Below, one piece after another: positions 1 through 14,473 of a DNA stretch of 64,000 nt (its first letter is position 1; each line of letters opens with the position of its first letter). The notes under the pieces were generated by a model. The model searched no databases, had not been told where the DNA came from, and saw only the letters and a program-made list of their open reading frames with translations. The DNA is from Sphagnum compactum. Taxonomy: Eukaryota. Position numbers and translations under genes: made by a program. The stretch spans positions 18,962,213 through 19,026,212 of the forward strand of contig OZ234493.1 of NCBI GenBank assembly GCA_965153455.1, written 5' to 3'.

Positions 1-2741
1 GGAATATACAAATTAATGAGTTTTTTGTTTGTATGTATAATTAAAATATTCTCTCTCTTTTTAATGTTTGAAAATTAAAAATATTGATAATTCAATGTTA
101 TATTTTAAATTTTAGTATCATTATGTGATTATTAGTAAGAAAAAAAAATTACTTTTGATCAAATTAGAATGCATGTGTTTGAGATTGAAGTTCACCATGA
201 ATTTTCAAAGCTAACATGTTGAATTTTGATTGATAGAATTGCAATCAAAGTTTGGCATACTTATTGTTGGGTTTTGTTTGGTCACTTGTGGATAGTTTTT
301 AAAATTGTTTTTAGGTTTGTTTGTATGTAAGAAATATGGGTTCTTAGTCAAGGAAAGGTGGGTTAGTGTAAAATCAATGCAAACCATATATTTGAAAGTT
401 CAAATTTCACAAATTTTCAAAGATATGAAGCATGTGTGATTTTCTTTGTAATGCCATTACTTGTGTCATTGATTGAGAACAAGGATTATGGAGAATAGAT
501 ACAAGTTGTTTCTATCACATTGAACATTTGGTATTTCATCATTTTGATCATTTGCTTAAATATGGGTGCACTCCAAAAACATTGTTATTTATGAAGAAAG
601 GGGACATTAAGGTTTTTAATCCTCATAGTTCTTTTGTGGCATGGAGTGACTAACGTGGTTACATCTTGGTTCATGAAAATCACCGTAAAAAGAAAAAAAT
701 CATGGTTAACAAAAGAAGTGTTCATGTTCAAATTTTACAAAGGGAATTGGAAAGCACTCTCTAACCAAATAAGCACCATTGAAATTGTGCCTTCCAATTT
801 TTTACAATGTGAACTTTGTGGTTTGTCATTGAAAGAACTCAATGCCATTTGTGGTAAAATTTGTAAAGACAAGTTCAATGCAACCGGGAAATACACTTTT
901 GGACATGCTCCAATATTTGACTTAGATTATATTGAAAAGTAAAGAATTTGTGGTTAAACAATTACCATTAGGATATTGTTATTGTTGCAAACTTTGTGGG
1001 AAAACCTTTTAAAGCTTATACGGATAATTGAATAGCCATCCATAAACTAAAAATTCAATATATATGTTGTGAATAGGGTATAACCCTTGTTATTCTTATA
1101 CATAATTGGGATGGGTCAAATCCATCTAGAGTTGTGTTCTCAAGATCATGCTCTTTGACAAAGTTTCTATTTCCATAGTTCACAACTCCTCCAAAGCCTC
1201 AAATTGATGAACTTGTCGTAGCAAACAAAAGTAAACACACCCCACAAGGTGGAGACCATATTCCAATTCATTTTGGGATTATGAGTGTAGCATTGGCTAC
1301 TACATTGTGTTCACATAAACTAAAAATGATGCCACAAAGCTTGTAAGAGTTTTGAAACTTGGTATTAGTAAAGCTTTGCATGAAGATATATTTATTTATG
1401 CCCGTCATAAAAGTTGATGAAGTTAGTGGGAAGCAATGGATACTATATTAACCATTCACATGATAAAAATGATGGTATGATATTATGTGAATGGCATTGT
1501 AAAATTATGACTACATTAATTATTTTCCTCCTTTTTTTCTTTTATTGGAACTATCACAACAATTGCTTTCAAAGTGCTATTGTGAATTTTTTTTTGCAAC
1601 CTCATAAAAAATTTGCAAAGCCCACTTAAGGAAAAAAAAATCAAATTATTTCATGTTATCTTTGATAAGTATATCACAATATATTTCTCATTGTTTCAAA
1701 ATTCCAATCCAACATCAATCACAACATTTAATAAAAGGAGACTCAAGTTCATTTCACACACTTCACAATGCCAATTTTTTCACACCTCATCACCTTAAGC
1801 ATAAGAATTTAATTACACCTTCACTTTTCCATAATTGATTGCCATTCATATAAGCAAAATGACAAGAATCAATGTCTCACATAACTCGAGTCAAACTTGA
1901 GTTTTTTCTTGTCATTTATAGTTTGACAAGCCATAATTAAGTACATATCGGACCAACAAATTAAGAACAATAAAATCCTATGGCAAACATATGTTATATA
2001 ATGTGATTTGGTATTTTGTTTCATGATTTGCTTTTGTGAAAGGAGAAAGCCATGGTACTATAAACAATTGTCACAAATTAACTTGGTGATCCAACTCTTA
2101 TGGTGTTACAAAAAAAGTTTGAGAAATATTGAAAAGTTCAACATACGAAATACAAATTATTGGAGATTATCACCGAAAAACATATGGTAGAATTGGAAGG
2201 ATACATAATTCTAACATGGCAAGTTCAATTGCATCTTGCAAATTGGTTTTGGGACTTTGGAGGAAGTTATATTTTGTAACCTTTTTGAATGTTGGTTATG
2301 CGTTTCATTGTGTGGTGGTGAAGGCAACCCTTGGCATTGGTGATGCACCTTTTGATTTGGAGTAAAATTGAGGTAGCTGTGTACTTTGGGAATGGAAAAT
2401 TTGATGACAAAGATGATTATAAAAGGGGATGTGATGATGGCATCTTTGACATCATTTCTTTTGTTGGAGGGAGATCCTTATAGTCAATGTTTCCTTTACT
2501 TCACGATATTGGAAAATCTAATGGCTCAACACCATCATTGCAATGTGGCCCACCACAAATGGAATAGGATTCCAAAGATGGAGATTTTTCGCAATTCCTT
2601 TTGCCTAAACCAAGATGATTTCAAATCATGGTTGATTAACCTTCAGGATTTGTATGATCTAGTGGTGGATCCTAAATCTTTTAAAGTGATGAATATGGAG
2701 CAATGCTATGAATGGTGTTGGGTGTTAATATAAGGTATGGA

Positions 2742-5700
2742 TCCTATCTATTAATTTCACTACGCTGCAGCGCCTCAAGCGGCTACAGGTGGGGCCGATG
2801 GAAACAATGTGCCTGCCGCCCGGGATGAAGTCCAAAATTACCTCGATGGGCGGTATGTCAGTGCCAGCGAAGCTTGCCATCGGCTTTTTGCCTTTGACTT
2901 GCACAACATGCACCCCAATGTTTACCGCTTGGCTGTTCATCTGCTTAATGAGTAGACCACTTACTTTCCTGAGGGGACCACGGTTGGGGAAGCCATGATG
3001 CGCAACAACTCCACCACTTTGACTGGGTGGTGTGACTTCAACCGAAAGGCCAAATATGAATACGCGACTACAGCCACTTTGGCTCACAACAGCAACAACC
3101 CTGCACCGCCACTGCTTGCTACGCTGACCACACTGTACCCAGATTATCCCGAAATCGTTGTGTGGAGCAAATCCAAAAAGGCGTGGCACCTCCGGAAAAG
3201 GGCAGTGGGGCGGCGGGGTGCATGCCAAAACAATCATGTCACATTGGGAACTGTGGGGCGCATGTATTTTGTGCAACCCTCAGAGGGCGAGCGTTATTAT
3301 CTGCCAATTTACCCACGTTGCAGGGGCCACATGCTTTGAGGACCTCAGAACTACCCACCGGCCCCACGTGGCTTGCTGCAAGATGATGCTGAATGGGACG
3401 AGTGCCTTTCAGAAGCTGTTGGCGTGCAACTCCCCAGAAGCTTGCGGCAGCTTTTTACCATCCTGCTGATTTTCAACAACGTCACCAATCCTGGGCAGCT
3501 GTGGGACAGGCATAAGGGAGCCCTTACGGAAGATTTCCTGCACCAAGCACGCCAGGTGAGTGGCCAAAAGGCCTCCACAAAGGAAGTGTATATTGCAAGC
3601 CTCCCTTTCGTTGGGTTGTGATGGTATAAGTTGTGCTCTGTTGTCTTCTTTGAACTACTGCCTGGAAACTTCTCTATTGAATGGTCGATTGTTGGATTCA
3701 ATGTACTAGAAAGCTGATCCCTCAGCATCATTCCACACATTTCATTTAATGAGTCTTACCACATATTGGTGCTGCAAATCCCACTGGATTGCGTTTGCTG
3801 AACCTAAGGCCAAGCTCCTCGAGGTGGTGCTCAACGAGCTGTTGGATCCTATTGCAGTCCAGATTTCTTTGCTAGCTATAAGCATGAATAACTGTGCACT
3901 TCTGGATTATAACCCCCCCCCGCCCCCGATTGCGTCGCGCAGGTAACGCCCAATCGGCAACTGGACCAGGCCATTCTTGACCAGGGCTTGCGAGAAGTGG
4001 AGCAGCTGTTGCAGGCCCAAGGGGGGAAAACCCTAGAGGGTTTTGAGCTGCCTATCCCTGCACAGCTGGCTGCCCCGGGGGACGCCGCTGTATCCGAGGA
4101 GCGGGCGAGGTACAATGTGACGCGGCAAGCTCAGCAGCTTGCTCGGGATGTGCCTTTGCTAAATCAGCATCAGCGCTCCATTTATGACAATGTCATTGAC
4201 GCGGTCCATGACCCCAGGCCGGTGGACAAAACCTTTTTTGTTGATGGGCTGGGAGGGGCTGGCAAGACTTTCCTCTACGGGTGCCTACTCAGCAAGGTAC
4301 TGGTGACATAGCGTTGTCGATGGCATCTTCTGGCATTGCAGCCCTACTTTTGGAGGGCGGCTGCACAGCTCACTCACGTTTCAAAATTCCCGTAGCAGGC
4401 CTTTGTGGCTCATCTGCTTGCTATGTTCCCCTGAACAGTCCACAAGCGGCCTTGATTCGGGCTGCACGCCTCATTGTGTGGGATGAGGCACCCATGGCCC
4501 ACAAGCATGTGTTTGAGGCTGTGAACCGCACGCTCCAGCAGGTTATGGGTGTTGTTGACCCTGCCTTAAAGGACATGCTTTTTGGGGGCAAGGTTGTTGT
4601 CATGGGAGGTGATTTTAGGCAGCTATTGCCTGTGGTTCCCCGGGGCACGAGAGGCCAGATTGTGGATGCCAGTCTCAAGAGGTCCGCAATCCTTTGGCAC
4701 CATGTTAAAGTACGTCACCTGCATGAAAACATGCGTGTTCAAAGGCTTTTGGCACAGGGCGGAGCCAACGCCGCGGTCGATGCCCAACAACAGCAAGCTT
4801 GGGCAGACTACTTGCAACGCATTGGGGAGGGCACAGAGCAAGTCTTTCCTGAGGTTGGGGAGGAGGCTGTTTTGATCCCAGAAGACATGTGTTGCCAGGG
4901 TGACACCATTGATAGCCTGGTGGATGAAGTTTACGGCGACCTTGGCCGCTTCACAGACTCGCAGTCATGCAATGAGCACATCATTCAGAGGGCCATTTTA
5001 ACTCCTTTGAACGAGGACGTTGACAGCATCAACATCGCCATCATGAATCGGTTTAACTTCACCACACCTGACGGCCCACCAGCACAGCGCCGCACGTACC
5101 AGAGCGCTGATTCTCTTGTGCAAGGCGAACAGAGACGGGTTTACCCCACCGAGTTTCTAAACTCCTTCAGCATGTCAGGGGTGCCACCCCACACTTTGAC
5201 CTTGCAGGAAGGCTGCCCGGTGATTTTGCTGCGGAATATGCCGGGCGGCCTTGCAAATGGCACTTGGTTTATTGTGGTCAAGCTGATGCAACACATAATT
5301 GATGTTGAAATTGCCACAGGACCGGACAAGGGTAGGCGCGTTTTCATTCCCCGCCTCAACATCACTCCCTCTGACACGAAAAGGATGCCTTTTACTCTCC
5401 GCCGGCGACAGTTCCCGTTGCAGCCCGCATTTGCCATGACTATCAACAAGGCCCAGGGGCATACACTGCAGACAGTGGGGGTGTACCTGTCGAAGCCTGT
5501 TTTTTGCCACGGGCAGCTTTATGTGGCTTTCTCTCGGTGCGGCTCACGGCGAGGCGTCCGGGTGCTGGTACGGGGTGGCAGCAGGGCGGCTCTGAATGGG
5601 ACCCCTGCTGGCGTTTACACTAGTAATGTGGTCTACCGCGAGGTGCTGCAGTGATTCTTCTTGTGGGTATGGGGTTCTTAGGGGTCTCGTTTGGACTCCC

Positions 5701-5950
5701 AGTTTTTTTTCAGGGCTTGGGCTTTGGTTTCGTCCAAGGGGATGGGTTGGATTAGACTAAAATGGGGCTTTTATATATATCAGACATTCCCTCCATGTAT
5801 GTTTTCATGGGGGACTTTTCAACGAAATTTCGTCAAAAACAATAAAAAAATAAAAATAAAAATAGTTGTTTTGCGCCTTTGTGTGTGTCTCTCTTGGTTT
5901 AAAGAAACCGGGGGACTTCACAGTGTCCGAAGGTCACGGGTACCCACTAG
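2742..5950 (+). mobile_element. Non-autonomous, internally deleted Helitron
   Basis: 5' end a|TCCTATCTATTAAT at 2742 (a TC at 2747 is an alternative). The 3' end has an imperfect hairpin CAGTGTCC-GAA-GGTCACGG (5921-5939) ending 11 nt before the terminal base of CTAG (5947-5950), followed by t, consistent with insertion into an A|T site. It encloses Helitron helicase coding sequence. Confidence 0.85.
2760..5654 (+). pseudogene. Helitron RepHel C-terminal part (PIF1-family helicase), disrupted
   Basis: Helitron motif RDEVQNYLDGRYVSASEACHRLFAF near 2820. PIF1 motifs: DGLGGAGKTF (Walker A), ASSGIAA, TAHSRFKIP, IVWDEAPM, FGGKVVVMGGDFRQLLPV, RRQFPLQPAFAMTINKAQG, HGQLYVAFSR. In-frame TAG near 2953, frameshifts near 3310-3370 and near 4300, and a phase-0 intron at 3556-3942. 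The Rep HUH domain is not present. Confidence 0.9.
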
Positions 5951-8900
5951 TATTTATAGTCTCACATTTGCATGGTTCCAATTGCAAATTCAATTCTAAT
6001 TGGAAGAGGCTTCACTTACTTTGAATTGGAATGATTTATTGAACATTGGATGGGAGAGATATCTATTCGTTGAGAAACTTAGATTGAAGGAATTGGCTTT
6101 GGTGAGACTGACATTTCCTAATGTTCTACACAATTAGGAATTTTCTAATTCGTGGGAATGATGGGAAATCTTTTGTAGGATGTGAAAATTAAACCAAAAG
6201 TTTTCCTCATGGGATTGATTTTTGTGAATAGGTTAGGATTTTGGGCACATTATAAAAATATATACATCCTAACCATGGGAACTCGAAAATCTAGTGTTGC
6301 AAAGGTTTGGCCTCTTTCCATAAAAGGCAAGAATGTTTTATGTGCATGTTCTGGGAAGGGGAAATGACAAGAGGGAGAAAACATCATAGTTCTACCTTAC
6401 AATTTGCCTTTCATTGTTGGAGAATTTTGTTATATGCAAAGATGTTGTGAAGCATATAGTCTATTCAAAAGGAACATTGTATGCACATGGACCCAATCTT
6501 CTACCAAGTTTCCATTTATTGAAGGGTGTGTTGGCCAATTGGTGCCAAATGTTTGGTGTGCATTTTAATGTGAGCCAACCTTTGGTAAGTGGTTGGGAAT
6601 TTGAATTGACAACAAAGACCTATGATCATCTTTTGATATTTTTGATTGTTGGAGTTCATATTTTTTCAAGATTTGTCCAAGGAGTTGATGAATGTACTTA
6701 TAATGATTTTGGATGAACCTAATACAAGGTTTTCCACCAATTTTGTGCTAGGCAATCATGTAAACATAGGACTATTTTTTTTTGAACCCATAATCAAATG
6801 CCATTAAAGTTTTCTTAAAAATTATTATTATTTGGTAGTTAATGACTTTTTAGTTGTATTTTTGGTAGTTAGGTTTTAGGAAAAAGATGGCATCAACAAT
6901 TTGGACTTTTTGTGGGATATTTTTCATATTCCAATTTTTGTAGTTATGGGAGTTGAGGAAGTTATTTTTGGAGACACATTTATAAGATTGTAGAGGTATT
7001 TTTCTATTGTCATTAAACACGAAGCCTTGACATTTTAGGAAGAGTCTATTAATTTTGCATATTTCATTGGTGAAAATTCATGACTGTTGTGTTATTGATG
7101 GGGAATTATAAAAATTATTGTGTGAAAATTTTGGGAATCGTTATTATGATTAAATCAATTCTTTTACTTTTGGTGTTTGTAAAAATAGTTTCCTTATATC
7201 ATTGTGATCATGTGGTTCTATATTTGAAATGGTATGTACCATTATATCATTTAATGTTTTCTTGGAGAACAAACCTTTGATTCCATTATTTTTTAATCAT
7301 TGATTTATATTTATATTTTATTAAAAAAATACATTGGATGCAATTTAGATTTAATTGAATTCCAATTCAAGTCAATTCAATTCTAGTTCAGTTAAAATAA
7401 CTTCAATAAATGGATTAAAATTCAATATAAAAAAATGGGATGCAAATTGGTTGAACAAGGTATTGAATTTATTTTCATGCATATGGTGTTGGAAAAAAAA
7501 CTCTAAAAAAAAAAACTTGTTGAAGTTTCCTTTTTCTCCTAACCAACAAGATCATACAACTCATATAAATAAATTGAACATCATCTCTTTTGTATAGGGT
7601 TGATTAAAATATTAGGATAGTTAGAACGTTTTGGAAATGTTACCCATTTTGGCTTCATGCTACTCCACATTACCAATGCTGATCATTTTTTTTCCCTTAT
7701 GTTTTCATATGGTTTCCAATAATTCATCATTATTTATGTCAATGTCAAATTTAATTTGAACTAATATAAGTATCATGAACATGAAAAAACACATCTTAAT
7801 TCTTCTTTTCATATCCATGTTGGTGGAGTAGGGGAAAAAACAATTATAAGGATGGAAGTAGTTATTAATAAAGTTAGTAGGAAAGGAAGTAATTACTAAG
7901 AAAGCAACGAAGTAGTTAGACTTGGAAATGAAGTAGTTGAATCTAGAATTATCTTTGGAAATGTCAAAGGATGACCATATGATAGGAAATGCCTTTGAAA
8001 TTCTCCAAGGAGGACCATATAATCGATTCCAAAAAAATCACCCATATACCAATTCCTTGAAATTTCTTGTCATTGGAATTTTGATTTTTATGTATTAATG
8101 ATATTGTGATAATCATGATTTTCATATTAACCATATATTGTGGCACAAATATCATATTCCTACTTAGTAAAATAAACAAATGTTAGCATATATTTGTCAT
8201 CCCACTTTTCATCCACTTAAAGTTTCATAAAAAAACGTTTATGAAACTTTCATGAACATTGGCATGGGACTTCTTTTTTATGAAAAACTGAGCAATAAAA
8301 ACATGGTGGATGAAAATATGTTGGTTTATTTTGAAAAAATTGACGCATGAAATGCTTAAGTCATGCTTCAAATCATACTTCATATTTCTTTAATATGGAA
8401 TATATTAAGTTTTGCAACATCTGAACCACATATAATATTAAACCGAATCCAATTTAGTGGCATATAAATTGGTTGACCTACCAAGAGGTATGTGCAAATC
8501 CAAACATTATTTGTTCAACACCAAGAAGTATGTGCCCATTAGGAATTGAGACAATATGAGGTAGCCCATGACACTTTACCTTATTAGTTAAAGCTATTTT
8601 TTATTTTCATTCACTCTTTCAACCTCTTGCATTTAAAACCATTCTTGCTATTTGTAAAATCAAATTACATTCTTTCCCCTTCTACTATTCATTTGCATGA
8701 TCTATACTTCAATTTGCATTCTCTTACATTCCTTTCTACCTCTACCACATGTTTGCAATCGTTCAACCTTTATTTTACAATGGCAAAAAAAAAATTAACA
8801 CTAATTGTCACACTAAACACCTTGGAATCTATAATTGAATATACACTAATTTGAAGCATATTAGATAGAATATGTGATATGAAAAAAAAAAACCTTTGGA

Positions 8901-11900
8901 ATATCCAAGAAAGGACACCCAACTAGTCCCCCCCCCCCCTCCCTCCGCCCCCTTGACATTTGCTAAGAATTAGAACATGGGGAGTAGATTGTGAAAATGC
9001 AATCGATAAAACAGATGAATGGATGGCATGGATATGGGCAAATGCTAAGATAGACAAAGAAAATTTTACATTACTTAAACAAATTGTAAACATTTCCAAG
9101 GGGTGAAGATTACAATTAGGTGATGTTTACACGTGCCATAATTTTTTTCAAAAAACAATGTGAATTTGAAAAAGTTGATTCCAGAACTTTTTCACAAGCT
9201 TATTGAATGGTTTGTCAATAAAATATTTGGTAACCCTTAGTAACCTAATATCAAAAAAATTCATGAAACTCCAAAGACGAATCTATGCAACTCTAAGCAG
9301 GTAAACCTAGGTGCCACAAGAGATACATTGTTTTGATGCCATTAGAGTCGCATGTTCCTCAATGACATAGTCCATAAGATCATGACTATCATTTAATCCC
9401 CTTAATTTCAAATTGTTTTTATGCTTTTTAGAAGCATTATGAGCTCCAACTTGTTTGGGTTCATCATAATTCACCAAACATCTCACATATTTGACTGCGA
9501 TGATCTAAGAAGGTTTATACATGTTAACAACAAATTATCATCACAAGTAGTGGTGAATAATTAGTTCAATGTTCGTATTGAATAAGCTAGTTCACATAAG
9601 ATCATAATAATACAATAAAGTTCAATAGTATTGCGGTAGCAATACAACTTTAGATTAAAACATGGATATATTGGAAATATTGATTATGATATGAAATTGA
9701 AAAAAACATGAACTCCACAAAAGGTCAAACACACCAAAAAAAAAAGAGTACAATTATGGCCATTGGATGTTTGAATTCAATATGAAACTATATATATATT
9801 AGCCACATCATGTGAACATGTGGCAATTGAAAATGTGTTCATTAGATGCCATAGGTTTTGGTCTAGCCTAAATAGCCTTAGGGCTAGGGCAAGGTACCCA
9901 TGCTAGGTAGTTTAGGTGCCACATAGTTTAATGCAAGGCTAGGTAGTTTAATTAACACAAGTATTGTAATTTAAAGCTAGGTAAATTAACCACTTACATT
10001 AAACCCAGGGCTAAGTAAATCACTGGGCCATCTAGGCTAAGCTTAAGTCTAAATAACCTAGGATTATGTAGCCTAGGTAACCTAGTTTAAGCCTAGGCAT
10101 CGATGATCTAAAACTAGTTACCAGGTAAGGTGGACCAATTCCAATGGATAAGTAATTCATAAAAATCCATTCACCAATGTTAAAATTGTAGTTTACTATG
10201 ATATCATTGTTTAAGTGGGGGCTACATGAAGCTAATGAGATAATAAAGATTATGTGAATAAAAGCCCAACTAAATGACTTTTTAACATGGATGTTAAAAG
10301 AAAAAACAAGATTCATCAAAAAAGAATATGATATGCACTTTTAAAAAATAAGGTACATTTTAAAACATTTAAAAGTTCATATCTTTTTTTGAGTTAAAGC
10401 TTTTCCAACAAAGTTTTTGCATCTATGTTATTTTTTCTTTAATATATCATATATTGAGTCCTTATAAGACAATCCAAATTAAATTCATAAACTAAAATGT
10501 ATTCATATCAAGTCACAAATAAAAGACCAGTTCATATTTTTCAACTTTAAAAGTTCAATACTCTATATTTGGAGAATATATGTTATTTTTTGTGCAAATG
10601 TCTTTTTATTCGAGTTGAGAATTTTAATTCAATAATAAATTTGGCAGAATGATGTTTTATAGCGTGTTAATGACCTGTTAATGCATGACATTTTATGAAA
10701 ACTTGTAATGTGACATAAAAAGTGGTGCATCTTATTTTACACCCACTTTAAGTAGCCCATGCCAAGGCTTAGATACATTAAAAAGCACAATTAGTCTAAT
10801 TTTAAGTGGTCTAAAGGTGGCACCTAGCCTAGTCTAATGCTAGCTAGGTTATGCTTATATCCCCATGCCTTAGCCCCTTGCACCACTTATGTTACTTTAG
10901 CCCCCCTTTGACCACCTAGGTATTTTGGTATGCACATTTGAGAGAAGTTCTTCAAGGGCTCATTAACCCTAATATTGCCAATTTAGGTGTCAACCTTTCA
11001 TGGTAACTTCAGTGTTAAAAATAATACATGAAAGTCTATCAAGATAACTTTTGATGGAAGTTACATACCAACTTGTCTATTTTAAAAAAATTATTTATTT
11101 ATTTATATTGAAAAAAATCATTTGTATTTTATGTAGGGGAAGGTTATGGATGTAAGCACTTTCAAATTTGAAGTTTTGATAGGTCTCAAATAAGGGCCAA
11201 AAATTTAGAAGGTTTTTTATTTGAAACCTTCTCCTATAAAAAAATGATTAAGGTATAGGATAATTTGTGAATATACTTTAATTTTACCTGCCTCAAATAA
11301 ATTATGAGCACTTAGGTACACATAAAACATCGTTGCATTTTTTTTGGGTATATTTTGGTCCCTCATTGGGTTGAAGAAATCCTATTCATTGATGTCACAA
11401 TATTGTTGTAGGAACAATAACTTACACAATTTGAAAGGTATTTTCCAACCTATCAAAGTTATTTTCATCGAGTGGAAGTTACCCACTAGCTTGTCGCTTT
11501 TCATTATCTTTGTCATTATCTTTGTCCCTTTGCAATGTTATTGTCACGATGACATTTTACGTAAGAGAAGGGTCTATCAATAGACCTTTTCAAATTTTTG
11601 ATTCTCCCTCTCGGCCTATTGGCCTCAAGGGATTTCAAAATTTGAAAGGATTATGTTGATTGACCTTTTTCCTATACAAGCAAACTTCAAATGTATGCAA
11701 AACCCACTAAGGTAAAAACAAGGTAAATCTAAGATATTGACTAGCCAACCCGGTAGGGTAAATAAAAAGGCAACATTAAAAAAAATTGATCAGCAAAGTA
11801 CGGTATGTAGTAATTTTACCTTGTTTGATTTTACCACGGGTATTTGCAAGGGGTAATAACCAGTGTTGGATGGGTATCACAATTTTATGATGCCCACCAA

Positions 11901-12679
11901 GTTTGGTTTTCACAAAGTAATTTACAAAAGGTTCTAGTTCTCCCCAAAAAAAAATTTTCAAATCTTTTTACACGGAGCAAAGGTATCAACATTTAAAAGA
12001 AAATTTTACTAGTTCTCACAATGTTGATTCTTAGAAATTTGAGAACAACCAATTATTTTTTGTTGGTTCTCACAAGCTGGGAATTATTTTATATTTTTAA
12101 ATTAAAAATTAAAATTAAAATTAAGGTCAAATAATTATTGATTTGATTTTTTTAAAAATGACAACTATGGCTTTTAAAAAAAATTAAAATCAAAAGACCT
12201 CTGGTTCAAAGTTTTTGAAAGATTTTAAAAATAAATCATCATTCAAAATAAACTTTTCAAACATCATTACCATTTGACCTGGCCTACCGTTAATAAGTAC
12301 CTACCACCGAATACTAACCCTCCCTTGGAGCTCCCATCTCCCAAGGCAAATTAGACATGATAGGCAAATTTTGATGTGGGTTTGGTGATGAAAGTGTCCT
12401 TTCTTTAACCCTAATTAAATTAGGTTGACTTAACATTGTATCTCCAAAGTTCAAACCCATGGTTCATGAATGATCGCCACGATCCAGTAAATAAAATGTT
12501 GTTCCATTTTGCATAGAAACATGATTAAGTTTGATGCTCTCATAACTTCTCTTTCATTGCTTGCTTGTACTAATTTTTGATGGTAGCTAAACCTTGAGAC
12601 CGTGACCCGGGTAAGAGGTCAAACCTTATCCGGTTCTCAGATTTTTTTGGTTCTATTTATAAAATACGGTTCTCACATC

Positions 12680-12748
12680 CGGTTCTCACTTGTGTGAGAA
12701 CCGTTAATTTGATTTTCAGTCAGGGTATCGTTAATGGTGATACCCTGA
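12680..12748. repeat. Two adjacent perfect 10-bp hairpins, possibly a MITE remnant
   Basis: cggttctcac-ttgt-gtgagaaccg (12680-12703) and tcagggtatc-9 nt-gataccctga (12720-12748). Confidence 0.6.
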
Positions 12749-12889
12749 AAGGATGAGACTGAGGTGCCCAAGTGATACCCGAGTGATGCCTGAGTGTATT
12801 TGTGATACCCGCCCAACACTGGTGGAAACGGATTACTGACCCCCAAACTGCACCATACTTTGAAACCCACACGTGCTCAACACAATTCC

Positions 12890-13640
12890 CATCCGACGGT
12901 CCAAGATTGAAGGTGCAACGTAAGCCCTCCGTGATTGTCAGTTCCAGAACGTCAGATGCTAGGAAACTTGAGATACACCCATAGCTGTCCATCATCTGAC
13001 GGTCCAGAATTGAAAGTGCATTTGCATCCGCGAAAACCTTCCCGATCGTCAGTTTGAGACCGTTGGATGGAAAAGATTCTAATTCCGGTCAAAGATAGTA
13101 AACCTGCGGTTTAACATTGATGACCGTAGGTCAGAAGATCGTCAAATTGTGGACCGTCAGATGAAGGGCCGCTCCGGCAAAAAAGCACAGACCAATCAAT
13201 CTGACGGTCCAGTTTTGAAAGTGCGTTATGAATGCCGGAAACGTCCCCAATCGTCAGTATGGACCGTCAGATGTTAGGACCCAATGCTCCGGCCCCACTA
13301 CAAACCCTATCTATCATCTGACGACTCAGAATCGATGATGTACTTTTGTGGGCCAGTTCGTCAATTCTTGATCGTAGGATGACGAGACACATCCGACGGT
13401 GCAAACTGATCATCCGACGGTCTACAATTGAAGTCTCCCAGATCGTCATTTTTGGACCGTCAGATGATAGGACTTACTCCGGCACAAAAGAGATAAACCG
13501 TGCTATCATCCAGCGGTTCAGAATTAATGGGGTATTTTTCGTCGGTCAGAAATCGTCTGCGATTGGTAATTATTGACCGTTCGATCATGGGATAATCTGG
13601 GTTATAGAGTAGCTACCATTTATCCGACGGTCCAGAATTC
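12890..13640. repeat. Degenerate ~104-bp tandem array, each unit carrying an inverted-repeat pair CATCYGACGGTCC...GGACCGTCAGATG
   Basis: Forward arms at 12890, 12993, ~13101, 13198, 13315, 13411, 13507, 13621. Reverse arms at 12947, 13058, 13151, 13261, 13370, 13454, 13575. Confidence 0.8.
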
Positions 13641-13766
13641 ACAATGTAACTGTAGTAGGCCTCCGATTACAGTGCACGAAAGGGAGCTTTTAGAATATGG
13701 AAGTGAACGTCGGGAACAGTTTTGAGCACTTAGGGAACACGACAAAGCTTCGCTTCCCGCCATTGC

Positions 13767-13767
<1 letters not shown>

Positions 13768-13810
<43 letters not shown>
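13768..13810. repeat. (GA)n microsatellite in the putative 5' region of the TIPIN gene
   Basis: Direct reading of the sequence. Confidence 0.9.
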
Positions 13811-13811
<1 letters not shown>

Positions 13812-14037
13812 ACGCGAAGTGCTTCGCGACGTCGCCTCTTCCTCGCAATTTTGCAACGGATTTGTTCCAAATCTTTGAGAATTGGAGCATCGTGGTAGAG
13901 TAGTTTTCAGGATCGAAGAAGTGCGCTGGAAGCGATAGAACACTTGAGGAATTATAGTAGCTTACAAGAGCAGTAAGGCAAGGGAGACGGCGGAGGGAAA
14001 GGGAACGCGAGAGAGAGAGAGGATCAAGGAGGCGTGG

Positions 14038-14438
14038 ATGGCGGGTGTTGGACAGCCGACGGGGTGTTACAAGTGCAGGGGCAAAGGACATTGGGCAAGA
14101 GACTGTACCGCAGTGCCTGCAGCAGCTCTCTCTTCGCAGGCACCGGGGAGCAGTAGTGCTGACCTCCTTGAAGCAAGCTTGAAGCCACAAGATGGAAGAG
14201 GGGAAACTGATCAGCGGGGTAGTAGTACTGCAGCAGGATCATCCGGCGGGAAAGCTGCAGTGCCGCGGCAACGTCATAAGGTGCCTAAGCTCACACCAGA
14301 TCTTCTGCTTTCACGGGAGGGTCTAGGGTATGTGCTCGAGAAGTTGCCGCAGCAGGTCACTATCAAAGGACGAGGCCATGAGGTATAGTGTTCCTTTCTG
14401 AATATCTTTCTTCTTCCTGAGAGGGATTGAGTGCAGGT

Positions 14439-14473
<35 letters not shown>

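Noticed and set aside
1-2741. Short ORFs in AT-rich DNA (also 5951-12600 and 22100-24500), possibly old TE debris
   Set aside because: No recognisable domain motifs or termini could be supported by eye.
12890-13640. CRISPR array or integron attC array
   Set aside because: The repeats alternate in orientation and are degenerate, and there is no cas or integrase gene; it is kept only as an unexplained array.
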